A DNA stretch of 22,689 nucleotides, taken from assembly GCA_002245135.1 (NCBI GenBank), contig NGBS01000873.1, forward strand, positions 372,001 to 394,689. Reading direction: 5' to 3'. A program made the position numbers and the translations under genes. How positions within the stretch are numbered: the first letter of the stretch is position 1; each line of letters starts with the position of its first letter. Below are positions 1 through 10,700 of the stretch, in pieces. Source of the DNA: Proteromonas lacertae (Eukaryota). Below the pieces are notes generated by a model that saw only the letters and a list, made by a program, of their open reading frames with translations, did no database searches and was not told where the DNA came from.

Positions 1-987
1 TTTATTATTATAAGATTTTATTAATAAATTTCGAATTTCTTTCCATTTATTATTGTGAAGATAAAATATTGATTGAAAATTAAATGGTGATATTTCTATC
101 ATAAAATCACAACTAAATAACATTTCTTTTCTTTCTCTACATATCATCAAATTGTCTTCATCTTTCAATATTTCACTCATTTTCATCATTTCTTTTTTCA
201 ACTCTTTCAAACTCATTCTATCTTCATTTCTCATTTTCAACATTCTGAATATCATCTCTTTCATCATCAATTCATCACATTCTACATCTAAACTGTATTT
301 ACATTTCATGATATTTTCTATGGTTTTATTCACATTATTATCTTCATTGAATGGTAATTTCTTACAAATCATCTCATATAATACACAACCTATTGACCAT
401 ATCACACTTCCATCATTACATTCATATCCATTCAACTCTTCTGGACTTTTGAAGCAAATATCATACACTCTCATATTCTCTTCTCTTCTCAATGTGTTTA
501 AGTATAAATCACATAAATTAACTTCACCATCTCTTTCATATATCACATTACTACTCTTCAAATTACCAATCATTATATCATTTTCACTCAATATCATCAG
601 ATTATCACATATTGAACATATAACTCTATTTACATCACTATTCTCAACAGAGTTACTCTCAAGTAGCTCTTCTAAATCTCTTGAATAATATGATCGTGAT
701 ATCAACATATACTCATCACAATTGTAGATTTGAAGTATTTTAGAAGGATATATGAAGGGTAGACAATAATCTGACAAAAAGGAGTTTGTCTCAAGGAATT
801 CTAACATACTCTTCTCTTTCATCCACTTAACATTAATCATTTTCATTACACTAACATCATCATTATATTCTACTACAAAATCTACTTCACTAGCACCTTT
901 TTCAACTCTCTTTCTTATCTATTCACAATAAAGCAATTAATATACTTTAGAATTAGGTGGTAAGATAGAATTTAATATCTCATTCAT
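1..987 (-). CDS. Pseudokinase(-LRR) family protein, copy A; 5' part only, continues beyond the left edge
   Basis: Exon 1 987-946 (MNEILNSILPPNSK), 27-nt GT-AG intron 945-919, exon 2 from 918 (IRKRVEKGASEVDF...MKMINVKW...) open to position 1. Positions 1-918 are the reverse complement of 12119-13036 with no indels and ~16 substitutions counted by eye. The ORF track shows only its antisense shadow. Confidence 0.9.
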
Positions 988-1169
988 TGATAATTTGAAT
1001 GATTAACTTAATTCTAAAATCTATTCGTTTCATACTTTCAGTTATTTATTTTATAGAAGAATAACAAAGCAAACACAAGATATATAATATATAATTAATA
1101 TTATTATTAGAGAATTAATATTTTTTAAACAAATTACATATATAGATTTACTTAATTGTCAAAGAAAAT

Positions 1170-2637
1170 TCAATTTGCCAACATCTCTGGTTCTACAACA
1201 TCTTCCTTCTTAAATTCCATCACATTATTAACAACTTCAACATCTATGTAATTTTCTTTATTTTCTAAACTGAAATCTGGATTCTTTACCAATTTAGAAG
1301 ATGCTCTTGTTTGTTGTGGTGGAGTTTGATTTCCTCTATTTATATTATTATTTTGCTGTGAAGATTGTTGTTCTTTCATTGCAACTAATTCAGATTTCAC
1401 TGATGATAATTCTTTTTCTAAATCTGAGCATTTATTCTTCAAGTCAGTATTTTCTTTTATTAATTCTGCTGAATTACCTCCACTTATAACTGCTGCTGTT
1501 GTATTATCACCACTTCCAGTGGCATCCTTGTATTTCTCTACCAAAGATGCCATATATTTCATATAATGTAATACATTAGTATTTGTTTCACATAAGGCTT
1601 GTTGATATGTATGTAATACAGTGGTAATCTGTCTTTTCAAAATCACAACGTAATTCTTTAATTCTGGGATATTATTGACTGATGCTGGTAATGGTTGATG
1701 TATTAGTTTGATTATTTCATTCATTGAAGTATTGACTGAAGCTGTAGTAGGAAGTGGTAATAATGCATCATCTTTTGGCATTACTATATTTACTGTGTTT
1801 TTTCTACCTGTCATATGTAGTCTTTGAGATGATGATAAATTCATATTGCTTGCCTTACGAGGTGGTAAAGGAGTTCCATCAACTCCAGTTGATGGCTTTC
1901 TATTGAGTGGTGATACTCCTCCTCCTGTAGATACTTTTCGTACTGGTGATACTGCACCATTTGACATTTTTCTTACGGGTGATCCTCCATTTGATACTTT
2001 TCTCATTGGAGCTGCTCCTGTTGATGGTTTTCTTACTACATATCCACCTACTGCACCTCTTGGACCTCTGGGTGATGCTGCTACTGGACCTCTAGCACCT
2101 ACTGGTCCTCTTGGACCTCTAGCTACTGGACCTCTTGCTCCAACTGGTCCTCTTGCTCCCACTGGACCTCTTGCTCCCACTGGACCTCTTGCACCGACTG
2201 GTCCTCTTGGTGATCCTGCGATTGGACCTCTAGCTCCAGCTGGACCTCTAGCTACTGGACCTCTTGCTCCTACTGGACCTCTTGCTCCCACTGGACCTCT
2301 TGCTCCCACTGGACCTCTTGGCGATCCTGCGATTGGACCTCTAGCTCCTACTGGACCTCTTGCACCAACTGGACCTCTAGCTACTGGACCTCTTGCTCCA
2401 ACTGGTCCTCTGGCACCTACTGGACCTCTAGCTCCAATTGGACCTCTTCCTGCTGGACCTCTCGCTACTGGACCTCCTATAATAAACAATATAAAATAAT
2501 ATAATATATACTTGCACCTATTGGACCTCTGGCAGCTCCTGCTGGATTTGAACTTGTTGCTGGTTTATAGTCTGTTAAGAAAACTATATCATGATGTTAG
2601 TCATAGTATTTTGTTTCAAAAAAAGATATGTACTCAT
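1170..2637 (-). CDS. Unknown protein: N-terminal collagen-like (GPV-GAR)n repeat, RKxS repeats, C-terminal coiled coil
   Basis: 439-aa ORF extended upstream through a 35-nt intron 2511-2477 (the join gives GA-R-GPVAR in register) and a further intron from 2633 with a TGACTAAC branch-like motif; acceptor 2584 or 2572, both in frame. ATG at 2637 is tentative. Heptad-like segment LIKENTDLKNKCSDLEKELSSVKSELVAMKE. Confidence 0.8.
2055..2545 (-). repeat. Coding tandem repeat, 18-nt unit (GPVGAR) with 15-nt (GPVAR) variants and a 111-nt higher-order duplication
   Basis: Repeated actggacctcttgctcc units on the + strand with third-position variation. The block gatcctgcgattggacctctagctcc occurs at ~2212 and ~2323. 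Confidence 0.95.
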
Positions 2638-3012
2638 TATATCTCGTTAATAAAAATTTATAAAAAATTTATGAAAAATTCTATTATTGGTGAGGCTAAA
2701 ATGAAATTTTAAACCGTCATTTTTTTTGAGGGTGAGTTTTCGCAAAATAACCAATTCATTATTGCGATATGAAGAGAAATATAAATCAAAATTACGAAAT
2801 GAGATATATCATAACTAAAATATGTGGCAATTATGTCCAAAACGATGAGAATAGGTTCATTAGGAAATTAATGCTCTCTTTCACTGTCAGATATATATTA
2901 GGTGATCATAGAACTAAATTCATTATTTGATCCATGTTATAGAATTTACAGTGAATTATATGACTTTCTAAGATTTGACATAGAGAAAACACAGTTATAT
3001 AATAATAATAAT

Positions 3013-5641
3013 TTAATAAATTTCTGACATTATCAATAATATTAAAGAACTCCATCCAGTAAATGGATGGGTACCCATTCCATAACCAGTTTTTGCATCA
3101 TAATGCTCCCAGATATAACCAGATCTTTTAAACTCCTTACTGATCAATAAAATTATATTACTTCTTAATTCATTATAAATAGAAGTAGCTAACTTCTTAT
3201 AGACACAATCATCACTCATATAGTTATTATATAAGCTTTGTAAAGCTAAATAATTAATATTAATCCAAATACTACCTCTCCAATAATTCTCACCTTTACC
3301 ATAATAAGGATCATCAGCTGATAAAGATCTTAATCCATAAGATGACCATAATTTAGAAGGATCTCTCATTAACTCTAGTATATTCTTCACCTCATTGTTA
3401 TTTTTAGGTACCAATCCTAATAAAAGTGGTAATATAGTAACATATCCATCATGATTGACAAATCCATGTTCATAATTGTTAGAATTTGGTGGAGGAGCAA
3501 CTGTCATACCATAATCACTAAATAATGCTCTTTCTTTATTGAAATATTCATCATATAATATTCTAAAAAAATGCTCATATTTATCTTCGTAAGGTTTACT
3601 ATCTTCATCTAAATACTTACATAATTCAATCATTATTTTATTACTATACAATATCCAACTATGTAAATCAACATGTTTATCTTCATAGATTGGCTGTAAA
3701 CCACGTGGAAAATCATCAAATCCTGAAGGTAAAACGTGATCTGCAGTTCTTTGACTCCATACAAATGTATTTGGTATAACTGAAGATTCTTGAGATGTTT
3801 CTAAATAGGTTAAATATCTTAATAAATGACGACTTATATCTCGAATTCTATCTTTAATTTGACTAGGTATTTCTATTTTCGTATGATGTTGTTGATTAGT
3901 ATTCTTATCTATTTCAATACCATTCATTTCTTTCTTTATCTCTTTAATCATTTGATAAACTGATATAAAGAATGTTGGTGGATTTGCGACTACAGGTGAT
4001 TGTATTTGGAATTTCTCTGGAACTTTACTTCTACTTTCATCTCCTAGTATTTGTTCTCTTTCAATCCAACCATTTTCTTCTTGACGATTCATCCAGGAGG
4101 ATATTACATCTAATGATAATGTTGAATTCCAATATAATACTAATATCTGTTGAAAACCTTCATCCCAAAAGAATCCTCTTGGGAAAAACGATCTGCTAGG
4201 TACTACAGTTAATAATTCACTTGGTCTTGTTTTGATTAAATGAGATGCTTTTGTTTCACCAGGCTCGATTACGGCTTGAATTGTATCACCATAAAAGTAA
4301 GTAACACTTCCTATTAGATTACTTAGAGCGAATTGAGCCATTTGTATTTCTGGTAATGTGAATTGTTTCTTTTCTCGTAGTTTGAATACTTCATCGAATT
4401 TTTGATGGAATTCTTCAGCTATTTATATGTATAAATATATAAATAAATATATATATATATATATACATTTTTGGCTTAATAATGAAGTTAATTTTTCACC
4501 TGACAATTCTTCAATTGATTTTGGTAATACTTTGGGTTGTAATTGATAAGATGAATATGATTCTGGATCAGTAGAAAAAACAATATCAATTTGAAATGGT
4601 AACTATATTTAAATATATAATATAATTAATTATTATATATATATATATATTATTATATACTCTCACTACTTTCTGTAATATCAAAGTGTTAGAATTCTCA
4701 GCTATTGTATTTGGTAGAATTGCTATTTTTGGTAATTTAAATGCTTTTTCTAACTTATTCTTTAGTTTAATATTGTTTTCAATTGGTCCAAGTGTAGCTT
4801 GTACATTTTCATGAATTGCATCAATACCTTTTTTGGATTTATATAATACTTCACTTAGAATTCTATTTAAATAAAATAATACATAAATAATATACTGTTT
4901 CATTTTCCATTGATCTTCTTCTTTTACATATGTTCCATAGAATTGAGTATTCTCTAATTCTTTAGAAGAGTCTATTTTTCTTTTCTTATAGATTCCTGGA
5001 TATGATTCTAATGGTGTTTTTTCTGTTTGTGCTCTTATTGGATATGTATTGTTTTTATTATCTGGAATATATACTGCAAAATCACCAATATCTATTGATG
5101 ATCCATAGAATGCTGTATTTCCAGAGATACCCTAAATAATTATTATTAATTATTATAAATATACATTCTTTTCCATCTTTTTTGTTATTCTTGAATAAGT
5201 GAATTCATTCTTTTCACCTTGAACTGTAACAGCAAAAAAAACACTTATATTTCTTGCATCATATACATAATCAGGATTTAATGGTAAGCCTGTTACTCTT
5301 AAACCCCAATTATTGGGAGATGTCTCTACGAATTCTGTGTACATATTGATTCCGTTGTTAGTATCTCTCAACTGTTGCTTTCCATAATTATAACCATTAT
5401 GTTCAAGCCAACCAAAAGTATCGAAGTCATCTTCATGTCTACATTCATAACGTAGTCTATCTACACTATCAGCTTCTGTCCATAATAAAGATGTCTATAA
5501 AATAAATAAAACAGATGTATTTACTTGAATAGTTCTTGGTTTTCTAGATCTAGTTCCAAAATACAAATTAGACTTTAATGTAAGTGCAGAAACAACACAA
5601 AAAATAGCACTAAATGCCAAGAACAATTCAAAATGCAACAT
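3013..5641 (-). CDS. MOGS: Mannosyl-oligosaccharide glucosidase (ER glucosidase I, glycoside hydrolase family 63)
   Basis: Six exons: 5641-5525, 5494-5165, 5131-4896, 4862-4661, 4602-4467, 4418-3013. Introns are 30, 33, 33, 58 and 48 nt, all GT-AG and phase-consistent. GH63 motifs LYFG.R, FGWLEHNG...GKQ, ALSNLIG, PSRSFFPRGFFWDEGF, ANPPT, SGFDDFPR, YWRGSIWININY, WEHY, PFTGWS. Confidence 0.95.
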
Positions 5642-5749
5642 TTTTTATAAATTTAGCTTGAAAACAGCTTGATTTTAAAAATTCTTAAAAAAACAAAAAC
5701 AATCAATTGGAAATAAAAAGTTGTAATAATATTAAAAAAATAAGTAATA

Positions 5750-6376
5750 CTAATTACCCCCTAACAATAAATTAGCTGCTCTATCCACATCGTTATTACT
5801 TCTTCTCAAAGCACTTATACATTCATCTCTGGTAAAGCCTAACATCAACAATGAATTTATATTCGTTTCACTAACTTCCACATCTGCTGATGAGATATCT
5901 GGAACATCATCCAAAGGATCAGCAGGTAATCCATTGCTACCATCCAAACTATTTCTACTACTTCCATTATAGCTATTTCTTTGTTGGTTCATCATCCTTT
6001 GCTCATTTTCTCTGAATAATCTTTCAATCTCTTCAACAGAAGGATCTCCTCCTAAACCACCACCCATATTATTAGCATTACCATTTCTCCTTCTATTTAC
6101 ACCATTATTCACTCTTCTTGTTATATCATAAGACTTAATTAAAGGAGCTATGTAATTCTTACCTATATTCTCTACAGACAATGGGAATTTTCGATTAATT
6201 AAATCAAATTTTACATATAGAAAGGTAAAAATAAGTGAACCAAATACAAACCAAATACTGTGAAAACCTCTACAAAACAATAAAACTACTGCCATAAAGA
6301 GTAATATGATTTTATCAGAAATGTACTGGTTGAGTATTTTAAAGTATTTATAATCAAAAGGTGGAACATAATCTAG

Positions 6377-6420
<44 letters not shown>

Positions 6421-6567
6421 GCATAAAATAACCATAAACTATATATAAATATGAAAGGTCCTGATGGATAATTCTCAGATGACAAAAAAAACTGTGAAAT
6501 GAAAATGAAGATATAAGAATAGGCTAAACTGCTTATATAGAATAAACAAAATTTATTACTTCCCCAC

Positions 6568-6599
<32 letters not shown>

Positions 6600-7111
6600 G
6601 TATATAATAATGAATAAACAGCAAAATAAGAGAGAATAATAGGCTAATTGTTAATCAGATTGAAAACTTTTCAACATATCTCAAGACGGTTAGCATTTTC
6701 ATTACATTCTTGAGAATATAGTATAGTCGAGTCTGTCGGGAAAAGGAATTCTTCATTTTAACTTGTTTTAGAATAAAGAATTAATAAAGTTATAAATACA
6801 TACCAATCTTTCAAAAAAACGACATTGATACAGTATATACATCGACACTACTAATTCTCCAGGACTATTTCACAAATATAACTATAGATTATACGAATTA
6901 TAGTAAAACTGAGATAATAAAAATTGTAAAAGTGTTCCATTACTCTCTAAATTATAAATTAGACCTGATATACTAGGATGATTCTGTTTTTGCATTGAAA
7001 GGAAGAAGAAAGAACAAATACAGTCTACGAACATAATAGCTTTTGTAGCTGTTGCATTTACTAAAAGAATAAAAAAATAAACATCATACAGAAACCAGTT
7101 TGTCTATCCAT
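5750..7111 (-). CDS. UBAC2/Dsc2-like rhomboid-pseudoprotease with C-terminal UBA domain (ERAD-associated)
   Basis: Exons 7111-7090, 7060-6895, 6864-6804, 6566-6419, 6372-5750; introns 29, 30, 237 and 46 nt. The spliced protein has GFLNATATK, SPGELVVSMYILYQCRFFERLWGSNKF, SGPF, ISDK and the UBA INSLLMLGFTRDECISALRRSNNDVDRAANLL. Confidence 0.85.
6380..6417. repeat. (TA)n microsatellite inside an intron
   Basis: Pure TA run of ~19 units within intron 6418-6373. It produces the spurious YIYIYI N-terminus in the ORF track. Confidence 0.95.
6569..6599. repeat. (AAT)n microsatellite at the 3' end of the long intron
   Basis: About 10 AAT units next to the acceptor at 6567. Confidence 0.9.
6650..6762 (-). 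ncRNA. Intronic box C/D snoRNA candidate with an LSU rRNA antisense element
   Basis: Terminal stem GTTAA (6762-6758)/TTAAC (6654-6650); box C ATGAAGA 6756-6750; guide TCCTTTTCCCGA 6747-6736 followed by D' CAGA; internal hairpin TCTCAAGA/TCTTGAGA (6715-6679); C'-like ATGTTGA; box D CTGA 6658-6655. It lies in the only long intron and on the host sense strand. Confidence 0.75.
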
Positions 7112-7353
7112 CAACAGAATAGAAAGTTTATAAAAATGATAGGTAATTCTATTCGTTTTTCTAAAGAGAAGTAGCAGTATGTTTACACATAAACAAACTT
7201 TTATCGAATTCAATATTTAGTTTATTATTAAAACATGTTTGTGTAGAAGTGATTATTCAACATATTTACTCAAAAAAATCAAAATTGAATTGAATGTGTT
7301 TGATTTTAATATAGTATTTATAATTATCATCCTATTAGTAATATGCATCGTAT

Positions 7354-7441
7354 AATAATTCAATGATGATAATTTATACAACATAAAATACACAGACATT
7401 CTGGATATTTGTATAAAACCATTATACACTGAGGAATTATT
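7354..7441 (+). ncRNA. Box C/D snoRNA candidate, target unidentified
   Basis: Perfect box C ATGATGA 7363-7369 and box D CTGA 7429-7432, closed by AATAATTC (7354-7361)/GAATTATT (7434-7441). Possible D' CAGA 7393-7396. Confidence 0.6.
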
Positions 7442-7796
7442 TTTATAGTAAATTGTTGTATTTATAGAAATGATTATTTTGCTATTATTTTTGTTTTGTT
7501 TTTAGTATGATATTATTAATAATTCCTTTAGTAAGTACGATGCGATTAACAATTAATACCTCACTCAAAATGCCAATTATCACATTCATTTAATCAGTGT
7601 TGAGAAATTGGTGTTTTTAAAATCAAGTTTAAGCTTGAAAAAACAATAAAAATTCGTTACTCCATTTTTATAGTTTTTGTCTTCTTTCTTGTAAACTAGA
7701 ATTGTTTTTTGTTTTTTTCTTGTTATTCTTTTCGATTAACTCCTCAATACTTATATTTACACTTTCAATCTACATTTCAATTAAATCAAATCCAAT

Positions 7797-10700
7797 ATGT
7801 CTGTAGCAGTGGTATATATGTTATATTTATCATTTAAAACAGCCCGGTGCAGTTCCTACTGATGAACAAATAGCCCAAAAACAGAAACACGTAAACCCTC
7901 GTATTGGTTCACTACTACCACAAGCAAATGGTGTAGTTCCAGAGACGAGAACTTTACAAAATAGACAAGCCAAAACAGTTTTCGATAGAGTATTTATCCA
8001 TTCGTTTTTATTCATATAGATTGGTCAAGGGACGATTGTTGCAGATAAATACAGAGTAGAATCAAGGATTGGTAATGGCTCATTCGGAGAAAGTATTTCA
8101 TTCATAATTATTCATTTTAATCTATAGTTATTCGTGCTGTTGATATTCATACCAGTAAAGAAGTAGCATTAAAATTTGAAAGTTGTGGATTAAGTCGTCC
8201 ACAGCTAATCTATGAAGCAAAAATCTATGAAGCAATGAAAGGTGAAAGTATAATATCATATTATTATTATATATATTTATATATTTATTTATTATAGCTG
8301 GTTTTCCAAAACTTTTTTACGTTGGTGCCCAATTAAATTACAATATATTAGCAATGGAATTATTAGGCAACACGTTAGATTCATTATTCGAAAAACAAAA
8401 TAAGAAATTTTCACTCAAAACTGTTTTACTGATAGTCGATCAAATGTTACAAAGAATCAAAGTTCTTCACGAACATTCCTTTATACACAGAGATATCAAA
8501 CCTGAGAATTGGATGTTTGGTCAAGGAGAGCAATCAGATACATTATACATAATAGATTTTGGATTATCTAAACAATATCGAAATCCACTTACACAAGAAC
8601 ATATTCCTTATAGAGAAGATTGTAATTTGACTGGTACAGCTAGATATTGTAGTATAAATGCGCATTCAGGTGAACAATCAAGAAGAGATGATTTAGAATC
8701 GATTGGTTATTTATTAATTTACTTTTTAAAAGGTTGTTTACCATGGCAAGGAATTAGCAGAGGAGTTCAAACTGGACATATGCAAATAATAGAACAAACG
8801 AAAAAGAACACAAGTTTAGATGATTTATGTAAAGATTTACCAATTGAATTTAAGAAATATATGCAATATTGTCATGATTTAGAGTTTAAAACAATTCCTG
8901 ATTATAGATATTTGAGACTGTTATTTAGAAAATTAGCTGTTAGAAAAGGTTATAGATATGATAATATATTTGATTGGACAAGTGATGATGAAGTTAGAAG
9001 AAAGCAAAGACTTTATGCCAACCGAGAAGAAGATGAAAATGAAGATAGTGATAATGATTTTAGTAATATAGAAGATGAAGAATATTATCACGAAAAAAGT
9101 GCATTATGTTTATGGAAGAATAATGAAAAAGACAATCATGAAGAATATTATGCATTAGCAGAAGGTATTGTAGGTGGTGATATAATAAAGAGTGATATTT
9201 ATATTGAAAATTTAGAAAGCTCACATGCTCAATTGACTTGGAATCAAGTAAAAGGAGCTTATTGTATAAAAGATTGTAACACAAAATGTGGTTCATTTTT
9301 GCTATTAAGTGCTGAAAGACGATGTAGAGAGATTTTCGAACTACAAAAAGGTGATAAATTATATATAAATGATTGTGTTGAAATAGAAATAATGAATGTA
9401 GAACATACTGCTATTCCAATTGCTTCTAATTCGTTTTATATACCTGAATCAAATACTGATAATAATAATAATAATAATAATAATAAAGTAGAAGAAGGAA
9501 GAGCTTGTGAAGAAGTTAAAGTTAATAATGAGGAGGATAAAAAGAAACGAAGAAGAATTCAATTTAATGTAAAAGTAGAAGATAATGAAGGTACTAATTT
9601 AAGATTAAATGATGATATAGAAATAAATGAACCAAAGAAATATTTGATAAAAGCTCGAATCGCTGTAAGAATAGGAAAACACTATAGAAATGACGATACT
9701 AATTCATTATGTAGTAATAGTGAAATGACATGTCAAATTATTGATGTTTTACATGATATTACACTTGGTAGTTTATCAACAAATACAGTAATATTACCAG
9801 AAACATGCAGTGGAGTTCATTGTAAATTTTCAATAAAAGATGAGAAATTAACAGTAAAAGATTTAGCAGTAGGTGATCCAAATGGTACAAAATTATTATT
9901 GAACCGTCCAATAGAATTATATGAAAGAGATATCTTATTATTAGGAGATATGGAGTTTGGAGTAATGTCAGTAGCTGATTGTCCACAACTAGAAGCAGTT
10001 TGGGAGAAATGTGCAATAAGAATGACTCCTTTAAGGCGTAGTAAAAGGACACCAATTTATAATAAAGAACAATCAATAAAGAAATCAACTGTATATCAAA
10101 TCCCTCAAGATGGTGAAGTGTTAATAGGAAGAAGTACTGAATGTACAATTAGTATTGATGATTATAAACTAGCAGAAAGACATGCTTGTATGTATTATGA
10201 GAAATTAGATAAAAAATATTTATTAGAAAGCTTGGTAATGAGTCGAGCTCAAGTAACTCAATTATTATTGGGTAGAGCAAGTAGTGCAACAAAAGCACCT
10301 TATAAATTAAAGCAAGGAGATGTATTTTGCATTGGAGGAAGTCAAATTGAAATAATTGATATGAAAGTTGAAACACAAGAACAAATTGAAACTCGAGAAC
10401 AACTATCATTTGAGAGAGTAGAAATGTTATGGAAGAAAGTATCATTATTGTCATTATTACCAAAAGAAGTATTTACAAAAGTAGCTGATGCTTTAAGACC
10501 AGTATCCTTCCATGAAGGTGAAATAATTGTACAACAAGGAGAACCAGCTGCAATATTATATATAATAAAGAAAGGTAAAGTAGATATTAAATACAATAGT
10601 CGTGGTGATTTAGTAAAGTTAAAAACATTAAGTTCCCATGATTCAATCGGTGATATAGCAATAGTGAGTGGAATGGTACATACAGCTTCAGCTATAGCTG

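Noticed and set aside
152..688. 178-aa plus-strand ORF and its twin 12349-12885 (minus)
   Set aside because: Antisense shadows of the pseudokinase exon. The opposite strand has kinase motifs and matching splice sites.
2055..2480. Regular short repeats resembling a CRISPR array or minisatellite
   Set aside because: No unique spacers; the units are codon-phased and part of a eukaryotic CDS.
1846..2499. 217-aa TGPLAP-repeat ORF on the plus strand
   Set aside because: Antisense reading of the GPVGAR repeat. Silent variation and intron structure fit the minus-strand frame.
6659..6677. snoRNA D-box region complementary to the 5' end of 5.8S rRNA (AAACTTTCAAC-like)
   Set aside because: The match is imperfect from memory, overlaps the C'-like box and a local palindrome, and cannot be verified without this organism's rRNA.
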